Shown piece after piece: positions 45,044-55,473 of a stretch of 64,000 nucleotides of DNA. Position 1 is the stretch's first letter. Each line of letters starts with the position of its first letter. Made by a program: the position numbers and the translations under genes. The DNA is from a virus, in the IMG/VR virus record IMGVR_UViG_3300021085_002380; one strand, written 5' to 3'. Under the pieces are notes generated by a model. The model was not told where the DNA came from and searched no databases. It worked only from the letters and a program-made list of their open reading frames with translations.

Positions 45044-46918
45044 TTATACGAGCTGACCAACGATTTCATCAAACTCAATTCCTGTTCTTGTTGCTACGAA
45101 CGTAAGTTCTATAACGTTAATTGAACGGGCTGGTTTAACAAAAATGTTAGCTCGGAATTTGTTTTGATCTACGATTTCAGGAGTATTCACAGTCGCATCT
45201 GAAACGACTCTAAAATCAGTAATGCCACGTCTTCCTTGAATATCGCGTAGGAACGGGTCAACGATGTTCTTAAACTGTGTTTGAGTAAATTCATCGTTCA
45301 GCTCGAACAAGAATGACTCAGCCGCAGTCGCAATTGATTTCTCAATAGCAATAAACAATCTTCGAACATTGAGACGATCAAACGCGCTTGGTAGTCCGTA
45401 ACCTGTTTTGTCTCCAAATAGTACAATACCTTGACCTACTTGAGACATAACTGGGTTAACGTCTGAAGTATATAGTTGATCTCTTTGCGATTTGTTTGGA
45501 TTAAACGCCAATTTCACTACGTTCTTAATAACACCTTTTCTGTAACCTGCTGGAGATTCCCACGGCTCAACTCTTGCGGCCAAACCTGCCATGTCACCGT
45601 TTAAAGGTGTGTAACGATAAGTGTCGTTGTATTTGTCGTAACGATATTTATATCCGCTATCCATAAACCAATAAGATGAGCTTTGAAGAGCATTACGATA
45701 TGCAATTACGTTTTTAAGTTGTGTATTCGATTTAACTTCGCTGACAACATCACTTGCTGACGGAGAAACAAATGCAACACAATCTTTTCTGCTATCAACG
45801 ATATTAGAAATGATATAATTTGCACGGTTTGCGCTATCATCGCCTTTACCTTGTAGACAGAACGAGATGTCAATTTCGTTTCCGCTTTTGAATAGATCCC
45901 AACCTTTACCAATTGCAGCTAAAGTTGCATTGCTTTCAGTTTGAGCATCACCACCGCCTGCCATTACTTCGTATGAAGTTACTGCGGTTGCGGCTGTTCC
46001 TACAACTGCCGAGTTGGCAACTTTGACCCAGCTTGACTGGTTAGTAATAACATCTACCCAGTAGTTTTGCGAACCATCTTGTAGTTGAGCTCCTGCTGTG
46101 GTTGAAACATCTTCAAACAACTCAAGTACTTGTCCTGCTGTTCCTGAAATATTTCCGCCACGGTCAACAACCGCAACGTGGATTGATCCAGCACTTGGTG
46201 CAGAAGCAAAGAAATTGTTTTGTCCCCATTTTTTCGTAATGGTAAGGACGGTCATATCTTCTTCGGCAAGTGTATAATTGCCTACAAATGTAACTGCGTA
46301 TTCGTATCCTGTTACATTCGGTGTTGGCGATGCGCCATCGTTAAGTTCTGTTTCTGCAATAGTTGCAACTGTAACGTTTACGTAGCCTGAGCTATCGTTA
46401 CCAATTACAAGTACATCTCCTGCTCCAATTGCAGTAATTCTGTCTGCAGGAGCAACTTCAAAAGTTACAGCAGAGGAATTGAATGGAATTGTCTGCGGGA
46501 CTGCAGCATTGGAAATTTTGTTCGCTGGGATATCACCGGCAGCAATTACTGCGTTTTCGTATCCTGTTGAAGTAACCCAATGTACGTCAATGTTATCTCC
46601 TAAAGCACCAGGATGCTTCGCCGAAAAGGCGCCGCTTGCTGCAATAGCTGTGTTTGAATTATTGTCTGCGCGAACCACCCACAATGCATTTGCATATGCA
46701 AGATAGTCTGCTGCAGTAAAAAATGTTTCGTATGTATCCGCTGAAGGCTTGCCAAAACGATCCACTAGCTCATCTTCGGATGAAACTAGAATAGGTTCGT
46801 CAACTGGTCCCCATTGAAATACACCAACAATGGCAGCTGGCGATGTCGCAACGGCTGGCACGGCTTGTGATGCATCCACTTCACGAACAATGACGGAAGG
46901 ACTTACAGAAAAAGCCAT
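45044..46918 (-). CDS. gp18: Tail sheath protein
   Basis: SPSVIVREVD, F.WGP, SPAGY.KG, AFDRLNVRRLF and KPARSIN.I.L.F.ATRTG. Confidence 0.97.
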   Translation of the reverse strand: MAFSVSPSVIVREVDASQAVPAVATSPAAIVGVFQWGPVDEPILVSSEDELVDRFGKPSADTYETFFTAADYLAYANALWVVRADNNSNTAIAASGAFSAKHPGALGDNIDVHWVTSTGYENAVIAAGDIPANKISNAAVPQTIPFNSSAVTFEVAPADRITAIGAGDVLVIGNDSSGYVNVTVATIAETELNDGASPTPNVTGYEYAVTFVGNYTLAEEDMTVLTITKKWGQNNFFASAPSAGSIHVAVVDRGGNISGTAGQVLELFEDVSTTAGAQLQDGSQNYWVDVITNQSSWVKVANSAVVGTAATAVTSYEVMAGGGDAQTESNATLAAIGKGWDLFKSGNEIDISFCLQGKGDDSANRANYIISNIVDSRKDCVAFVSPSASDVVSEVKSNTQLKNVIAYRNALQSSSYWFMDSGYKYRYDKYNDTYRYTPLNGDMAGLAARVEPWESPAGYRKGVIKNVVKLAFNPNKSQRDQLYTSDVNPVMSQVGQGIVLFGDKTGYGLPSAFDRLNVRRLFIAIEKSIATAAESFLFELNDEFTQTQFKNIVDPFLRDIQGRRGITDFRVVSDATVNTPEIVDQNKFRANIFVKPARSINVIELTFVATRTGIEFDEIVGQLV

Positions 46919-46967
46919 ATTTTTCTCCTTTATGTATTTAAACGCGTTTAGTTCATATCACTGTTTC

Positions 46968-46975
46968 TATTTATA
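46968..46975 (-). promoter_or_regulatory. Late promoter for gp18
   Basis: TATAAATA on the - strand. Confidence 0.75.
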
Positions 46976-47001
46976 AATTATTTGATTTACAGAAATATAG
47001 T

Positions 47002-48600
47002 TTAGAACCTGATGTTTTCGTCTTCCCACAATTCCCCGCCGTCATCTATAAATCCGAAGGGGAGTAATTCTTCATCAATTTGCGCATCAGTCTTTTCACG
47101 CAATGCTTGAAGAGTATTAATATCAGTTAATTCTTTAAAATAATCTTGGTCAGATAACCAAGCAAATAAAACCAAATTCATTACTAAATCATCATGTGCT
47201 CCGGGCTCAGCTTCATAAGATGGACCCTTTTTGGAAAAACGTGATAATTCCTGCAAAGTATTATAATCTCTTAGTATAAGTTGATCTTGCTCAATGAGCA
47301 TTTTCAACATAGAACAACCTTGAGCTTTTACAGTCTTGGTAGTTCGTATTCCATTATCAAGTTTTCTTCCTCCAAATCCAGACGAAATTCGTTTGCCTTT
47401 TGCGCCTGCGCTTTCGGAATAAAGTAAGTTTTCGTATCCATAATCCATTAATAAAACATCTGAAACTTGTTCGCCTATATCATTAATTTCTATAAGAACA
47501 GCAGCTTCGTTATATAGATTACCTATTCTATATATAAATGAAGCGAAATCAATTGGGCTAATATAGTTGTCGCGAAATGTGCATACTTGTTGATATGGCA
47601 TTTTGCTAATGTCTATAATGTTAAAGGTTGAATAGTCTAAACCTTTTCCTCGAGATACATCACAAGTCATAACATAACTGTGGTCTTTTTCAGGTTTAAA
47701 ATATTGAAATGTGTTTTCTTGTTCGTGTATAGGTCTATCGTACGCTAATTGTTTTAGCTTGGATCCATCAATCAATGTTCCTGAGGAGCCTAAGAATTCG
47801 CAACAGTATTCTTGCCTAAATTTTTGTTCATCGTAATCTAGTGCTGCGAGTGTTTCTTCTTTCCACTTTTCGTCTCGGCCAGGAACATCTTGCCACATAA
47901 CTTCTTCGTATTCATAACCGTTAGTCTTTTCTCTTGCACCTTTACAAGTTTTCCAAAAATGATTTAGGCCATTAGGAGTCGACGTCATAAGAAGTTTTGT
48001 TGACTCGCCAGACGAGATAGTAGGATAAACAGATGCGAAAAAATCGTCGTATCCTTCGATGAATGCAACCTCATCGAGATATAGAAAATTAACTGACTTA
48101 CCACGAATTGCTGATGACGATGTTGTTCCTGCCAAAACCTGACAACCGTTTTCAAGTGCGATGTTTCCTTTGTTCCATTCTTCAACTCCTTGCTGCAACC
48201 ACTTAGGTAAAGCTTCAAAAGCCAACTTGACTCGTGACATAACTTCTCTTGCAGCATCTCCTTTGTTAGCTAGAATAGCAACTGTTTTAAACTCGTTAAA
48301 CAATACATAATGTAAAATGATTGCCATTGCGGTGGTTGTTTTACCAGACTGACGCGCCGTCAAAACAGCTAAGCGTCTATTTTCTGTAATCTTTTTTGTG
48401 ATGTTTTCTTGATAGGGATACATTTGAAAAGGAACTAATCCTCTGTCAACATGGACAATTTTTATATATTCCTTAGCAAAATATATTGGATCTTCAGCAC
48501 ATTTCATGTACTCCTTTAGCATATCAGGAGTCCATTCTAATTGTTCACCAACTCTTTTAAGATTATTATTGCCGAGATAACCTTTCATCATCTCAAACAT
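47002..48600 (-). CDS. gp17: Terminase large subunit (start approximate)
   Basis: ARQSGKT, LYLDEVAF, STPNGLNHF, DVSRGKGLDYS and HDDLVM. Confidence 0.97.
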   Translation of the reverse strand: MFEMMKGYLGNNNLKRVGEQLEWTPDMLKEYMKCAEDPIYFAKEYIKIVHVDRGLVPFQMYPYQENITKKITENRRLAVLTARQSGKTTTAMAIILHYVLFNEFKTVAILANKGDAAREVMSRVKLAFEALPKWLQQGVEEWNKGNIALENGCQVLAGTTSSSAIRGKSVNFLYLDEVAFIEGYDDFFASVYPTISSGESTKLLMTSTPNGLNHFWKTCKGAREKTNGYEYEEVMWQDVPGRDEKWKEETLAALDYDEQKFRQEYCCEFLGSSGTLIDGSKLKQLAYDRPIHEQENTFQYFKPEKDHSYVMTCDVSRGKGLDYSTFNIIDISKMPYQQVCTFRDNYISPIDFASFIYRIGNLYNEAAVLIEINDIGEQVSDVLLMDYGYENLLYSESAGAKGKRISSGFGGRKLDNGIRTTKTVKAQGCSMLKMLIEQDQLILRDYNTLQELSRFSKKGPSYEAEPGAHDDLVMNLVLFAWLSDQDYFKELTDINTLQALREKTDAQIDEELLPFGFIDDGGELWEDENIRF

Positions 48601-49039
48601 TATCATCACCTTTAATCATTTTAAGTAAATCTGCAGTTGAGACTATCAAGTTATTATTCGTGACATTTGTTTCCTTTTCAGGTTTATCATCCTGCGCAAA
48701 TTTCTTTTTAGTAGAAATATCAACATAGTCTTTGTTTGCATCAAGTAATGTTTTCATTAAAGTCGACACAACTTCAAAGGCTCGAGGAGACTCTGATTGC
48801 TTGGCTATTTCAACCATTTCTTTAACTGCATCGTCTCCAAGTTCAATAATGTTTTTAACATTCTGGCGTGCAAGTTCCATATCATTAAGGTTTTCGTCAT
48901 TACCTTCAGTAGGTAATACTTCAAACTTTTCTATATTTTGCACCTCTGTTGACTGTACTTCTTGTACACCTTTTATTTCATCATTCAATTCTGAAAGCGG
49001 TGTTAAACCTAATGCTTTAGAAATATGTTCATCACTCAT
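48593..49039 (-). CDS. gp16: Terminase small subunit
   Basis: AR.N...IE.G...ESPRAFEV...STADLLK; directly upstream of gp17. Confidence 0.9.
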   Translation of the reverse strand: MSDEHISKALGLTPLSELNDEIKGVQEVQSTEVQNIEKFEVLPTEGNDENLNDMELARQNVKNIIELGDDAVKEMVEIAKQSESPRAFEVVSTLMKTLLDANKDYVDISTKKKFAQDDKPEKETNVTNNNLIVSTADLLKMIKGDDNV

Positions 49040-49083
49040 GTTTCATCCTACTTTATATTATATATTAGTTTGCTGACACGTTA

Positions 49084-49332
49084 TTATTCAGCAGCTGCTA
49101 AATGAGCTGCCCACGCATCCTTAATTGCTTGTGTATGAACTGCATTACAAACAGCTTGAACCTCTGTGCTTTCACCCGTGATGTCTGCATCAGGTGCAAC
49201 GACATGGCGTGAATACCCACGGCTAATCTCTACTCCGTCACGTTTAATTACTGTAGCAGTGCGTACCTGAACGTGCTTGAAGTCGCCTATGATTTCGATT
49301 TTATCTTGTACTGTTTCTTCTGTTAGTGCCAT
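49084..49332 (-). CDS. Tail-fibre-associated small protein (assembly chaperone candidate)
   Basis: DKIEI...HVQVRTATVI.RDG.EISR...RHV; follows the fibre gene; AGGAG RBS. Confidence 0.6.
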   Translation of the reverse strand: MALTEETVQDKIEIIGDFKHVQVRTATVIKRDGVEISRGYSRHVVAPDADITGESTEVQAVCNAVHTQAIKDAWAAHLAAAE

Positions 49333-49380
49333 CGTTTATCTCCTATGATGGTTGGACTGTCCGACCCTTATGGTGTGGGG

Positions 49381-52239
49381 TTATTGAGTGTGATAAGTTA
49401 TTGTAAAGTAAATGCTGGTTGTGCTGCTTGTATCAACATAGCGTAAATTTGAAAAACCTCCAGATGTTTGGGCGAAAAATCTCATGTCTGTTGAGTTATC
49501 AGAAATATAAGGAAAATACGGACCGCCAGAAATATAATCACCCATCATACTACCCATTGATGTGTGGCTTGTGTTTTTACTAGTAAATGGTAATCCGTTG
49601 ACGTAAAATGCGCCACCGTCACTGTTATCAGTAGGAGCATCAAGTTTTGCAGATACTGTAACGAGTTTTCCTACTTTTATATACCAAGCGTGTTCTGCAG
49701 TAATTGTTCCTTCACTTACAGTAGGTGTCCAAGTTCCTTCTTCATAGTCATCCAACAAATTGGCCGAGGCATCTTCGCCGCCAAGGTATACGCCGCCATC
49801 CAAATATAAGTCTTTAAATCCAGCAGTCGAGGAACCTAAGTTTAGGTATCCAGACGCGCCAGAGGCAACCGACCCGGCAGGAAGTGTAGGCTCAATCGCC
49901 GCTTGAGACGTTTCACCATCAAATCTTATTCTTGGATCTGAACTACTACCTTCTGATCCCATGTACATTCTTAAACCTGATTGAATTCCAATCAGTGCCT
50001 TATTGCCTGAATTTGCAAACCTAAGTCTATTACTATTATCGATTATGACATCACCATCAACATCAATTCCAGCTGAAAAGGATCCTCCGCTTTGCGGCAT
50101 AAAGGTATTATCTACATATACTTTTACTGCTGCTTCAGTTGGAACTGCTGAATTACTAGAGCCACTAAGTAAATTATCATTGCTAAATTCGTTAATGGAA
50201 ACGCCTTGTGAAAACCCTAAACTAGTAGGATTACCTGTTAGAGACCCATATGTTCCGTCAAATGCGTCAGTAATACCATAACCTGATAATGTAGTTGGAG
50301 TACTAGTAAGTGATGCAAATGCTCCGTCAAATGCATCAGTAATACCATAACCTGCTAATGTAGTTGCCGCATTGGCCAATTCAACCCAGCTACCGCTATG
50401 TGCAAAATAACCTTTACCTGTTCCATGAACGTGTGCAAACATACCGTGATATGTTGACGCGCTTGGCAAATCACCAGTTGTTGAATACACATTAGCAAAA
50501 AGTACCTTATTTCCAGCACCGTCAATATCGCCTGACATTGTACCGCCAGCAAGTGGAAGTTTAGTTGCAATACTGGTTGTCACAGTTGTTGAAAAGTTTT
50601 CGTCATCGCCTAATGCGTTTGCTAATTCATTTAAAGTATCTAATGTTGCTGGGGCGCTATCAGAAAGGCCTGCAATTTCTGCATCAACATATGCCTTTGT
50701 GGCTGCATGTTGCGCTGCGGTTGGATCTGTAACATTAGTAATTTTACCATCAACATAAACCCCAGTGGACGTAGTTCTTAGTTTAAGTGAACCGTCGTGA
50801 TGTAAATCTACTCCACCTGTAGCGTGATCTGCTTTGACATAATCAACTAAAGCATCATCACCAGAATTGCGAGCTCTTATAATGACGTCGCCTGCGTCTG
50901 AACCGCTGCCAGTGTTATTTAAATAGAAAGTACCTTTTTGAGTTAATATACCAAATCCGTTACCTGTTGTAAACATTTTTGCGTCAACACCTGCAGTGTT
51001 TGCACCAAATTGTAAATAAGCATCAGCATCAAACGTCATGTATGCTCTTGTGCCATAATCAACTTTAATCCAGTTATTTCCTGTAGACCATTGATGTTCG
51101 CCAGTCCAATTAAGATTATCGCTTTCAGTAATAGAATTTGCAGCTTCGGTTCCTTGTAAACCAGTTAATCCTTGAACTCCTGGATCGCCTTGAGCTCCTG
51201 TTGTACCCTGCAACCCAGCTGAACCTGTAAGACCTTGAACTCCAGCGCCAGTTGTACCTTGTAAACCAATTACACCTTGAGCGCCATCTGCGCCATCAGA
51301 AGGTCCTTGAATACCGGCAGGTCCATCGTTCCCAGTTAGTCCAGTTAATCCTTGAACACCTGCACCGCCAGCTGGCCCAGTTTCTCCAGTTAAGCCAGTT
51401 GATCCTTGAATACCAGTTGAACCTGTTGTACCTTGTGCACCGTCTGCGCCATCAGAAGGTCCTTGAATACCTGCGCTTCCTGCTGGGCCAGTTGTACCTT
51501 GAATACCTTGTGCACCGTCTGCACCATCAGAAGGTCCTTGAACACCAGTAGCGCCGGTTAATCCTGTTGTACCTTGAATGCCAGTTCCAGTTACACCTTG
51601 CAAACCAGTTGTGCCTGTAGAGCCAGTTAATCCTTGAATACCCGTTGAACCTATTGTACCTTGAGCCCCAGTCCCGGTTACACCTTGCAAACCAACTGCT
51701 CCTGTAACACCTTGAACACCTATAGACCCTGTAGATCCTGACACACCCTGCGCGCCAACTGCTCCTGTTACTCCAGTTGCACCTTGAATACCTGTTGGGC
51801 CAATACCGCCATTAGCACCACCAAATCCTTGAACGCCTTGAGCACCAAATGTACCTTGTAAACCATTAGTTCCTTGTGTACCTTGTATAAATTCGCCAGC
51901 AGTACCTTGAGCACCTTCAGTACCTTGCGGTCCAGGGATTGGCGCAGGAATATTCGATAAAGAATTATAGTCGCCATCAAATAAAGAAGGTAAGTTAGTT
52001 AAATCATTATAATTACCAGAAAAAGTTCCAGCCGCAGTGATAAATCCAGCATCATTTGTAAATGCACTTATGTTTGTTGGGATGTCGTCAAATCTTGCTA
52101 ACGGATAACCGCCGTTTTGAACACCGTCCATCGAAACCACAGTCTTCTTTGTGGTATCAATGAAAATTTCTCCTTCAATACCGGCTTCAGATGAAAGCTC
52201 TGCGGTTGTGCCTCTTCTAAATCGTAATGTTTGTGCCAT
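49381..52239 (-). CDS. Collagen-like fibre protein
   Basis: Mtd_N-like N-terminus (RFRRGTT..GEIFIDT..GGYPLA), about 260 aa of G-X-Y, APATLDTLNELANALGDD and LLDDYEEGTWTP. Confidence 0.85.
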   Translation of the reverse strand: MAQTLRFRRGTTAELSSEAGIEGEIFIDTTKKTVVSMDGVQNGGYPLARFDDIPTNISAFTNDAGFITAAGTFSGNYNDLTNLPSLFDGDYNSLSNIPAPIPGPQGTEGAQGTAGEFIQGTQGTNGLQGTFGAQGVQGFGGANGGIGPTGIQGATGVTGAVGAQGVSGSTGSIGVQGVTGAVGLQGVTGTGAQGTIGSTGIQGLTGSTGTTGLQGVTGTGIQGTTGLTGATGVQGPSDGADGAQGIQGTTGPAGSAGIQGPSDGADGAQGTTGSTGIQGSTGLTGETGPAGGAGVQGLTGLTGNDGPAGIQGPSDGADGAQGVIGLQGTTGAGVQGLTGSAGLQGTTGAQGDPGVQGLTGLQGTEAANSITESDNLNWTGEHQWSTGNNWIKVDYGTRAYMTFDADAYLQFGANTAGVDAKMFTTGNGFGILTQKGTFYLNNTGSGSDAGDVIIRARNSGDDALVDYVKADHATGGVDLHHDGSLKLRTTSTGVYVDGKITNVTDPTAAQHAATKAYVDAEIAGLSDSAPATLDTLNELANALGDDENFSTTVTTSIATKLPLAGGTMSGDIDGAGNKVLFANVYSTTGDLPSASTYHGMFAHVHGTGKGYFAHSGSWVELANAATTLAGYGITDAFDGAFASLTSTPTTLSGYGITDAFDGTYGSLTGNPTSLGFSQGVSINEFSNDNLLSGSSNSAVPTEAAVKVYVDNTFMPQSGGSFSAGIDVDGDVIIDNSNRLRFANSGNKALIGIQSGLRMYMGSEGSSSDPRIRFDGETSQAAIEPTLPAGSVASGASGYLNLGSSTAGFKDLYLDGGVYLGGEDASANLLDDYEEGTWTPTVSEGTITAEHAWYIKVGKLVTVSAKLDAPTDNSDGGAFYVNGLPFTSKNTSHTSMGSMMGDYISGGPYFPYISDNSTDMRFFAQTSGGFSNLRYVDTSSTTSIYFTITYHTQ
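51150..51935 (-). repeat. Gly-X-Y (mostly GxQGxT) coding repeat with three GPSDGADGAQG units
   Basis: Periodic CCTTG in the DNA; repeated ccatcagaaggtccttgaa. Confidence 0.9.
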
Positions 52240-52267
52240 TTGAGTTTTTTCCTATTATCTGTATTGA

Positions 52268-53173
52268 TTAATCTAAGTCATCAATTGCAATACCGCCTGA
52301 GTCTAAATCAATGCTGGTGTTGCCGCTATCAAGATCTACGGACGTATTAGATGTAAAGATGTCAAGTTCAACTGGAGCGCTATTCCCATATAGGCCACTA
52401 CCTTGGAATACAGTATTGGCAGCCCAATTATCAGTATACTCAACATCTGCCCAACCTACTGCGCTATTTGCAAGGTCAACAACAAATGTTTCAGTACTTT
52501 CTTCAAACGGAGAATCATCTGCGGTGTTTGTTGCGTATTGAGTATCAATAAACTTAATAACCTTTTTCGTTCTTTCAGGTCCATAAAACATTCCTTTTAA
52601 CGTAAAGTTAAGAGTGTACATTACTGTTCGTCTTTCAGTAAAATCACCTTCGTATAGTTCTTCATTTATTACGCTATTTAAAATAATAGGTACATCTAAA
52701 GGTGGAAGGTTTTCAATCAGCTTTGCGCTTACTGTAAAATCAGGTTGAAAGAATGGTAAGATTTGCTCAACTATTTTAGTTGCATCTTCTTGATATTTTG
52801 CCATAATATATAATGAAAATTCTAAATTGTATGGAGCTCCTGCGTAAACATAATTCAGTGAGGAGTCGCTTTCTCTTAATGTTTTCGGTATCTTATGTCT
52901 TACTGATATTCTACGTTCGCCATCGTATTGCATAGATGTAATTTCAAATGACATCCGTGGTAACGTAATAGCCGACTGACGATTAAGATTTGCGTCTTGC
53001 TCAACTCTTGCAAGTATTTTTTGAAAAGGAGCATATGATAGTGGAACAATTGCAGTTTGAAAAGTTGTTCCTTGTCCGTTCACGCGCTGAATAGACAACT
53101 GATTAAATAGTGTACCAAAGATGGCAACATATTTTCTTGTTGTTTGATTGTAAAAGTAATTTGCTATTGCCAT
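52268..53173 (-). CDS. gp15: Tail sheath stabilizer/terminator
   Basis: YFY....RK....FGTLFN, VPLSYAP, TLPRMSFE and QILPFFQP. Confidence 0.93.
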   Translation of the reverse strand: MAIANYFYNQTTRKYVAIFGTLFNQLSIQRVNGQGTTFQTAIVPLSYAPFQKILARVEQDANLNRQSAITLPRMSFEITSMQYDGERRISVRHKIPKTLRESDSSLNYVYAGAPYNLEFSLYIMAKYQEDATKIVEQILPFFQPDFTVSAKLIENLPPLDVPIILNSVINEELYEGDFTERRTVMYTLNFTLKGMFYGPERTKKVIKFIDTQYATNTADDSPFEESTETFVVDLANSAVGWADVEYTDNWAANTVFQGSGLYGNSAPVELDIFTSNTSVDLDSGNTSIDLDSGGIAIDDLD

Positions 53174-53178
53174 TTATA

Positions 53179-53886
53179 TTAATCCGGTATACTAATGTTT
53201 TCACTGAATGGATCTATTTCTGAAAAGTCAAGAACACTATCAGCTTCAGCTTCAAAGTAAACGTTTTTCGCAACTGGGTCTGTATTTGCCAATTGTGTTA
53301 AAGTAGTTGCCTGTGTAATATCAACGTCATCAAAGTGATGGTCAATTTCGTAACGGCCTGTTTGGAAACGCTCTCCAGAGTATTCAAATAATTCGCAACG
53401 CAAATCATATACTTGTAATGATCCATGTTGATAAAATACTGACTCATGTTCAACAAACATAACTTTAAATATTTTATCGTTAAGTGGAAAGTAAATTACA
53501 TCGCCTTCGTTTGGCCTTGTTTGTTCTGGATCTAAACGAGTAGCAAAACGTTCAAATGTTCTATACGCAACAGTAAATGTTACTTGGTCACGTATTTGTA
53601 AACCAAACCTGCTTAAGAAATCTCCTTCACCTTCAAATCCGTCAACACTCTTAACATACATTTCCATATCGTAAATGATACTGTAGTTATTACCACCTTG
53701 TGTTGTTAAGTCACCGCCGAAGGTTGAAGTATCATCTTCGTTTAGGATATTATCAATAGAGTCGAAGTTTCTTGGTATGTATGCAACGTCAACACCATAC
53801 ATCTTAATTGACTCGATAACTAAATCGTCAATTAAGTTTTGCTCGTTGAAGTTACCGTAATTTCTGAAATAAGGGTTCGTTGCCAT
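53179..53886 (-). CDS. gp14: Neck protein
   Basis: EQNLI.DL..ESI.MYG, RPNEGD.IYFPL and L.CELFEYS.E. Confidence 0.93.
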   Translation of the reverse strand: MATNPYFRNYGNFNEQNLIDDLVIESIKMYGVDVAYIPRNFDSIDNILNEDDTSTFGGDLTTQGGNNYSIIYDMEMYVKSVDGFEGEGDFLSRFGLQIRDQVTFTVAYRTFERFATRLDPEQTRPNEGDVIYFPLNDKIFKVMFVEHESVFYQHGSLQVYDLRCELFEYSGERFQTGRYEIDHHFDDVDITQATTLTQLANTDPVAKNVYFEAEADSVLDFSEIDPFSENISIPD

Positions 53887-53889
53887 AAC

Positions 53890-54633
53890 TTATCCAATAA
53901 AATTATACGTAAGTGGTTGGAGTGAATTAACAGCTTCTTCTTCCATCCGTTGGCGTTCTTCTCTTGCTTCTTGTAAAATTTGTTCGCCATTAAATGTTAC
54001 ACCGCCGACCAATTGCATTCCAACAAACTTGGTAAGGTTTGCACCCCAATTTTCTTTTACTAAAGCGGCAGTATAATTTTGCAGCCAACGATCTGTCCAA
54101 ACTTCAGCATATTCCGCTGGGTCAATAATATCGTAAGCTTCAATAATAATGTAATCGCCGACGGTCCAAATCTTTTGGTCAACATCAACGTATAGCTTAT
54201 TCACATGTTTATTAAATCTGATTAAAGGTTTCCCTACAAGCATTTCTTGTAAGAACTCAATATAAGACATAGTCATATAATAGTTTTGAATATTATATCC
54301 AGTAATATCTCTTATATTGTTTAAAGTATATTGGTACTGAACATTAAACATTCCAACGCCTGCACTAATGGAAGTCTGTAAATCAAATACTTTTGATATA
54401 CCTAAAAGACGCGTAGGAAGTGTAATGTAGCCATTATCAATATCATCTTGCGTGATAGCATGTTTTAAATAAACAAGCTGACTCCCGTTATAATGATAGT
54501 CTCTCCAAAAAGAAACAGCCTCATCTACACGATCGTCTATTTGCTCTTCAGACACGTTTATTTCAATAACAGGTGCACCTAATTTTCTAAGGACATAGTC
54601 TTTGAATTCTTCTTTGGTGGTAGGCTGAGCCAT
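53890..54633 (-). CDS. gp13: Neck protein
   Basis: LRKLGAPVIEINV, WLQNYT.AL.K..WG.NLTKF and GGVTFNG. Confidence 0.94.
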   Translation of the reverse strand: MAQPTTKEEFKDYVLRKLGAPVIEINVSEEQIDDRVDEAVSFWRDYHYNGSQLVYLKHAITQDDIDNGYITLPTRLLGISKVFDLQTSISAGVGMFNVQYQYTLNNIRDITGYNIQNYYMTMSYIEFLQEMLVGKPLIRFNKHVNKLYVDVDQKIWTVGDYIIIEAYDIIDPAEYAEVWTDRWLQNYTAALVKENWGANLTKFVGMQLVGGVTFNGEQILQEAREERQRMEEEAVNSLQPLTYNFIG

Positions 54634-54666
54634 AGTAAACCTCTAAGATACTTTTGCTTTATAGTC

Positions 54667-54674
54667 TATTTATA
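54667..54674 (-). promoter_or_regulatory. Late promoter for gp13
   Basis: TATAAATA on the - strand. Confidence 0.75.
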
Positions 54675-54696
54675 ATATGTAGAGGTAGGGCGAAAT

Positions 54697-55470
54697 TTAA
54701 TCTCGCCTTTCTATGTCATCCTCTGATAAAACGTCACCCATCCATACTTCAATTACCTTTACTGGGCGTTTACCAACGTTTGTTGCCCTGTGCCAAGTTT
54801 GAGGTGGAATGTCAATACTATCACCTGATGAGTAAACCTTAGATGTTTTATATCCATTTTGAAACTCAAGGTTCATTTCAAGTTTACCATCAACAATATG
54901 CCAATGCTCTGAGCGAACAAAATGTTTTTGGTCTGATAGTGATTTTTTAACATCAATAGATAGTTCTTTAACTTTCCAATGTCCGTTATTATCAAGATTT
55001 CTATATTTACCCCACAGTCTTTGGACTTCAGGCTTGTCCCAATTTTCAAGTAGCCAAGATGAGCTATTCTTTTTATCGTTTCCACCAACGCCAAACGCAA
55101 AAATGATTTTGCCTTCTTCAATTAATTCTTTTGCGTATTCAACTTCAGGGGTTGTACCTTTTTGACGATCCCCGCCGTTTGCAAATATAATTTCAGCGTC
55201 AGGAAATTCTTCTCGTATTTGTCTTATAGCTCCAACGGCAGTATCATCGCTATCATCAAATTCAAACACGCTATCAACAACTGCTAAGGCGTCTAAGATT
55301 GCAGTGCGTTCTTCTATAGGCATAAACGGTCTACCTTTTTTACGTGACAGCCATTCATCGCTGTTAACACCAACGAAAAGACTATCTCCTAATTTAGCCG
55401 CCGCTTTAAAATATTCAATATGGCCTGAGTGAACTGGGTCAAACCCGCCAGTAACAATAACAATTCTCAT
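54697..55470 (-). CDS. Cytidylyltransferase fused to a mannose-6-phosphate-isomerase-type cupin
   Basis: TGGFDPVHSGH, NSDEWL.RKKG and FANGGDR; R.WG.Y...LS.Q.H..RSEHW...EDDIER. Confidence 0.8.
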   Translation of the reverse strand: MRIVIVTGGFDPVHSGHIEYFKAAAKLGDSLFVGVNSDEWLSRKKGRPFMPIEERTAILDALAVVDSVFEFDDSDDTAVGAIRQIREEFPDAEIIFANGGDRQKGTTPEVEYAKELIEEGKIIFAFGVGGNDKKNSSSWLLENWDKPEVQRLWGKYRNLDNNGHWKVKELSIDVKKSLSDQKHFVRSEHWHIVDGKLEMNLEFQNGYKTSKVYSSGDSIDIPPQTWHRATNVGKRPVKVIEVWMGDVLSEDDIERRD

Positions 55471-55473
55471 AAT

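Noticed and set aside
11961-48609. Introns or inteins in nrdA, nrdB, gp17 or gp20
   Set aside because: ORFs are continuous and of normal length; the extra NrdB length is explained by the ATP-cone.
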